Shown here: piece by piece, positions 58,825-64,000 of the stretch
Numbering within the stretch: the stretch's first letter is position 1
Layout: each line of letters starts with the position of its first letter
Assembly: GCF_009914755.1 (NCBI RefSeq)
Contig: NC_060933.1
Length of the DNA: 64,000 bases
Direction: 5' to 3' (one strand)
Source of the DNA: the human T2T-CHM13v2.0 reference genome, Homo sapiens
The notes under the pieces: model-generated
Databases searched by the model: none
What the model saw: the letters and a program-made list of their open reading frames with translations, nothing else
Told to the model about the DNA's origin: nothing
Position numbers and translations under genes: made by a program

Positions 58825-59122
58825 ATTTGATATTCAAATGTGGTCCTAGAACAAGCAGCATCAGCATCACCTGGAAGGTCAGCAAGTGAGAAACTTAAGG
58901 CACATAATTTAAGGAGACACGCCCTCTTAGATTCATGCAAGCATAGGATTGGCACTAGTACTGCCCTGACAGTGAGTATCTCTTTAAATTTTTCATCTGG
59001 GGATGTCTCACTTAGCTTACCCTAGTCCTGGGCCTGCACCCCAGGCCCAATGAATCAGAAGCTATATTTTAACAAGATGCCCAAGTGATGTGCATGCACA
59101 TTACATTTGGCAGGAACTGCTC
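58825..59122. mobile_element. MER5A with a nested MER91-like palindromic element (about 58880-59035)
   Basis: MER5A halves (gcagcatcagcatcacctgg ... gaatcagaa...ttttaacaagatgcccaagtgat) flank aatttaaggagacac...gtgagtatctctttaaattt. Confidence 0.7.
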
Positions 59123-60819
59123 TCAAGAGTTTGTAAACCATGCTTGAGTTTACAGATTGTCCTGGGAACAATGGCTATTATGTTTCAGGATTTAAGCAGG
59201 TGGAGGTTCCTGTTTCATTTATAAAGGTTTATCTGTGGCAGTGTGGATAGCATGCTAAAGCAGGCCATGTCAGGAGTTAGAGAAGCGGATTAGGAGGCTG
59301 TAATACTGATCCAGGACTGAAGGGGAAGTCAGTTTGAGGGGTGTTTGACCACATTTAGTGAGTGGTTGAAGTGTGATGTAACAATGAAGGAAAAATCAAG
59401 AACACCCGGTTCATGGCTACAGTAACAAGTGGTTGGGAGTACCACTCACTGAGGTAGGGAAAAAGAAAATAAGACAGGAAAGGAGAGAAGGTGATGAGTT
59501 AACATCTGGAAATGTTAAATTTGATAAATTTTAGATTATCCAGCATGATGTATGGGTGTCCAGCTCATGAAGAGAGATGAGACACAAGTATGGATCTCAA
59601 ACCTGTCACCCCTAAATGGAAATTAAGGCTGTTGAAAGAGAGAAAATGTTTAGAGAGAATCTAGAGAATAAGAGAGGTTAAAGATGTTTTAGAATGTGAA
59701 ATACAAACCATTAGGTAATAACTAAATAATTATTTTCATTTTGGAAACTATTTTCACACCCAATATATCATTTAAACAACATAAGCTTTTGGGGGAATAG
59801 CCAAGGCATTATTATTATTCTCATTTCACAGATTCTAGGGCTTGTAATTTTTAGGTTGTTTTGGCTAGCAAATTATCCAGTTGAATACACCTAGAGCAGT
59901 TTCAATTGTATTGCAAGGCATTCAATTAAAAGAGAAACCGAGTGGAATGTACTGTAGGTTTAATAGAAATAGAGATAAATGATATATACCACAGTGGTCA
60001 GAAAAACATTCGTGGAAAAAGTGCCCATTATTTCCCCAACTGATATGGGTCTCTTGGGATCTCAAAAGCTAGATATTGGCATTTACACAAAATTTACACA
60101 AAATACCAACATCTAGCTTTTGAGTTGATATTTATGGTTTCATATTTTAACAATTAGTATTATGACTAAACATTTGAGAGTCCCAGATAATTATTGATAA
60201 AGAAAAATAAGTGCTTCACTGTCTACTCAGTATAATTGACAATTTAAAATGACCCAGGCAAGATATTAAGAACTGGTGGCTTTTACATCTTAAATGACAA
60301 TATCTTGACAGAAACACTCCTTAATCGTCCTATCACTTCAGGCCAGACTAATTATGATGGTACAAACGTGTACTTTGATGGAGAATTGTGGCTAATAATT
60401 CTACCTATGTTAGGCAGTTTCTGGGACATGAAAAAAGATGTAATAACTGACTTATTATGTGATCCATGATTAAGAGAAAGCTTTTGACTCTATTAATCTC
60501 ACTTCCAATTCTTAACCTTGGGTAACTCAGAATCAACTATAACAACATTCTCTGTTCTTATAAACAGTTTCCATTTTAGTCACAGAGAATTTACAAGCCA
60601 CATCCTCATCCTTTCCAAGTGACCTAAGGTTCCGAGAAGCTTAAAAATCACTATTAACAATTATATGATTTGTTGTAATTTTTAAAGTACTCTAACCTGT
60701 AATATTTTCTTTGATAATCACTAAAGTCTTCTATGGAGGGCAAGATGGTAGAAAATAAAGTTTTAGAGGTTGATCTTTGCTCAGGTTAAAACATTCATTA
60801 ATAGCAATAGTTTTAATAT

Positions 60820-61020
60820 AAATAATTTATTATGAGCTTACTATATGCTAGGAATTGAGCCAAATGCTCTACAATCATTATTTTACTTAATTCTCACAAT
60901 GAGCTAAGTATTATTATCCTGATTTTACAGATAATAAACTTAAACCTTGAACAAGTCAAGAAAGTTGTGCAAAGTTACAGAGAATATATAATGGAACTGG
61001 GCAATGATGCTGGTTCCAGC
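60820..61020 (-). mobile_element. MIR
   Basis: tattattatcctgattttacagat...gtgcaaagttacagag. Confidence 0.7.
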
Positions 61021-61821
61021 CTACCACGACACCTTCCTCTCTTGAGTAATTGAGTCTTCATTTGTCAAGTGCCCATTATAGCAAGGTTACCACTGGAGAC
61101 ACTGAAAATTTATATATCATTTTATAAATAATAGACATAATATTAGAATATCAAAAATTAAATAACTCAGATTAAAAGATTATTTAAAATTTATACAAAA
61201 TACCATTATGGCTTCCCTTTCCAATACATATAGTTCAACAGGGGTTTATAATGAGAAAATTCCAAAACAATAAAATAAGTATTGTAATAGAGACAGGAAT
61301 CTAGGGGAACCTGGGACTCAGAGACTCCATTGCAGAAAAGGGGGACAATTAAGCCAAGTCTTGCCAAGGGTAGATAGGATTTTTTTCAGTCCACAGAGAG
61401 AGGAACCAATTCCAGGCAGAGGGGTCAACATATACAAAATATAAATTGTTGTTATAAAAGAATAATTCTGAGAAAAATGAAGAAACAATTTTGGATAGTT
61501 GCACCATGGTTGTAAGAGCAAAATGGAATGCTGATAGAGGAAATAAGTGAAAACGGATTATTGCACTTTCTTTAGTTGAGGAAATTGTTAGAGATACTAA
61601 GCCAGGAAATGAACATGGAAGCCTGTTTCCTAAAGAGCTAGTTGACTTCTCAGTGAGCAGGACTGGGTTCTAGAGAGGAGATGGCAAGGAAAGTAGTTTG
61701 CTGTCCAAGAGGGGATGAGAAGGGCCTGACGTAAGATCGTGGTTGTAGGAACAGAGTTGAGGTCACATGCTTTGAGTCTGAATGAATAGAAGTGCCTCAG
61801 TCTCAGTGTCAGTAATAGCAA

Positions 61822-63717
61822 TATCTCAGCAGTGCCTTTTCACACTGAACTGCTTTTAAACAAAAAAACAAGCAAACCATTATTTTACAGATCTTCTTGC
61901 CATTGCATACGATGTTTCCCCTGCCTGGCATGGCCTTCCCTCTGCTTGTTTATCCTAATAAATCCTACTCATCCTTCAAGCTTCAGCTCAGATATTACCT
62001 CTTTTGTAATATATCTTCCTTCAACTTGGATACCAACTGGCTAACCTTCTTAGAGCAAGTCCCGATAAGTCTAATTTCTTTATTACTATGTTTCCAAATG
62101 TATTTTGTTTTTATAGATGTTTACCTGGATATTTAAGCTTTTCTTGATAGATCACCTAATTGGAATCAACTTCTCTTTCTGCCTAAGTCCTGTGACACTT
62201 CCTTTGTCAAAGGTGCTTATCATGGATTTAATAATTTCAAAGTTACTTGTTTCCATACCTTACCACGGCTGTTGTACAAATACCTAGAGAAGAAGATAAG
62301 TGTCTGATTTATTTTAAATTCACCACAAACCCAGCTCAATATTTGAAGCACAGATAAGTATACAATGTTGATTGAAAAATGAACTGTTGTTATTTATTTC
62401 CTGCCTGAGCTCAATACAGAACTTAATTCATGGTTAGGAACATCTGATATCCACTCCCATGACACTTCTTAACTCCAATTACAAGACTCATCATTGAATA
62501 TTGAAACTCACATCTAAAATCTGTTGATTCTATCATTATACCCACTGTACAGTTTACAATGTTTGAAACTCCACAAATATTTATCTAATTAAGGAATGGA
62601 CAAATAATTCATTAATAATGTTATCTCACTATATATGATACATTTTGACTTCCAGATCTTTTCTTTATCCTCTGCACAAGAACATGTTTGTATCTTTGCA
62701 TTATCTGCTCAGCAACTTTGGCTCTTTAGTGCACATTAAAAAAATGCAAAGAAACCCATGAGAGCTCTACCCAGTCAAAATGGACACTACAACATCCATT
62801 TTGGCCACTTTCTGAGCTATATTGTGAACTCTGAAAACACAATTTCCAAAGCTGGCATTTCCATGTTAATGGAGTCATCTCACAGGCGAATTGGGTCATA
62901 CAGGCTAACAGGTTCCACACATAGGTTTGGAAGGGTGAGAGTCCTGGGCTTTTTACCATTTTCTTCCCAAATACATATACTGTGTTTAGAATGTCCAGTG
63001 AAATTCAATGGATATTGATTAGTAAAACTAAGAAAAAAGCTTTCTGCTGTCAATTTTTGCTAACTTGAAAATACAGTGCACTGTGGTCGTACTAACTGGG
63101 TTAAAACATATATTGGAATCAAATTTACTTGTTAAAAAATGGGAAAATTACTTTGAGTGAGGAAGTTTTAATAACAACCTAAACACAAATAAAATGCCTT
63201 ATTTTTCTTCCTTATCCATGCCACCACATCGATTGCAAACTTCTGTTCTAATTCCACCATCTAAATAACTCTTACATGACACTTATTCCAACTGCTGCTA
63301 TCCTGCTTCAGGGTCTCACCTGTTCCCCTACACTGTCAAAATGATGTCCTCATTCATCTCCTATGGACAGTGTCTCCCATGACCTGGCATGTGTTTCGAT
63401 AGTCTCCCTACAACCTCCAGAATGGCAATTCTACCATTTGTATCCAATCAATCTGTGCACCTGCTCAATATTTGATAATGTCTCCCTTCAACTGTAGCAT
63501 CAAATCTTGCATGTATGTGTTGGGAAGACAAGTATCTCAGGAACACCTCTTCACACCAAACTGCTTTCAAACAAATAAACAAACAAACAATTATTTTACG
63601 GATCTTCTTGCCATTATGTATAATGTTCCCCCTGCCTGGCATGGCCTTCTCTCTGCTTGCTTACCCTTACCCTACTCACCCTACAAGCCTCAGCTCAGAT
63701 ATCACATCTTTTGTAAT
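61822..63717 (+). repeat. Dispersed direct duplication of about 190 bp (61822-62010 and 63533-63717) in L2-derived DNA
   Basis: Colinear alignment by eye, roughly 80-85% identical, offset 1711 bp. Confidence 0.85.
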
Positions 63718-64000
63718 GTTTTCCTGCATTACCTCACATAACGAGAGACGTAAATACAATTTCAGTTTTATGAACCAGTGATGGTAAAACATTGCGTGCA
63801 TCTTTATATCTCCACTTAGGTGCTCAGGTATTAGAGTGGAAGAGACCCTTTCTTTTCAATTCTTTGTCCTCTGTCCTCAAATGCAAGCATGAGCTCAGCA
63901 CAGAAACCCTGTACCTATTTGCAGAATGATTCTATTCACATCTCTAGGCTAAGAATGCCTTACTTGAAGAAATGATCCCAGTTAGATGCTCCTGTGCCAA

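Noticed and set aside
58880-59035. Imperfect long hairpin
   Set aside because: Explained by a palindromic MER91-type element.

Overview
AT-rich, CpG-poor primate (almost certainly human or great-ape) non-coding DNA, either intergenic or deep intronic. I recognise no host protein-coding exon, tRNA/rRNA/snRNA gene, CpG island or CRISPR array, and I cannot name the locus. The only real protein homology is a 5'-truncated, frameshifted L1PA ORF2 on the minus strand (~4.1-6.2 kb). Most other listed ORFs are Alu-derived, low-complexity or chance frames. The window is a mosaic of about 16 Alus/monomers, solo LTRs (LTR10C, MER21, LTR40, MLT1A-type x2, THE1, LTR33), hAT DNA-transposon fossils (MER33, MER3 x2, MER58, Arthur1, MER5A/MER91), many L2/MIR fragments and microsatellites. 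Repeat family names come from recalled consensus sequences and need RepeatMasker/Dfam confirmation. The most notable observations are: (1) an L1 with an atypical 5' inversion, in which a 51-nt ORF1 fragment is joined to mid-ORF2 with about 2.9 kb missing, inserted tail-to-tail into an Alu's tail/TSD; (2) a 110-nt fold-back palindrome with 34-bp arms; (3) other template-switch, duplication and inversion scars; (4) candidate spliced non-coding exons; and (5) several repeat-free, motif-dense candidate enhancers. I found no evidence for a genuinely new biological system. The findings are hypotheses about genome dynamics and regulation.
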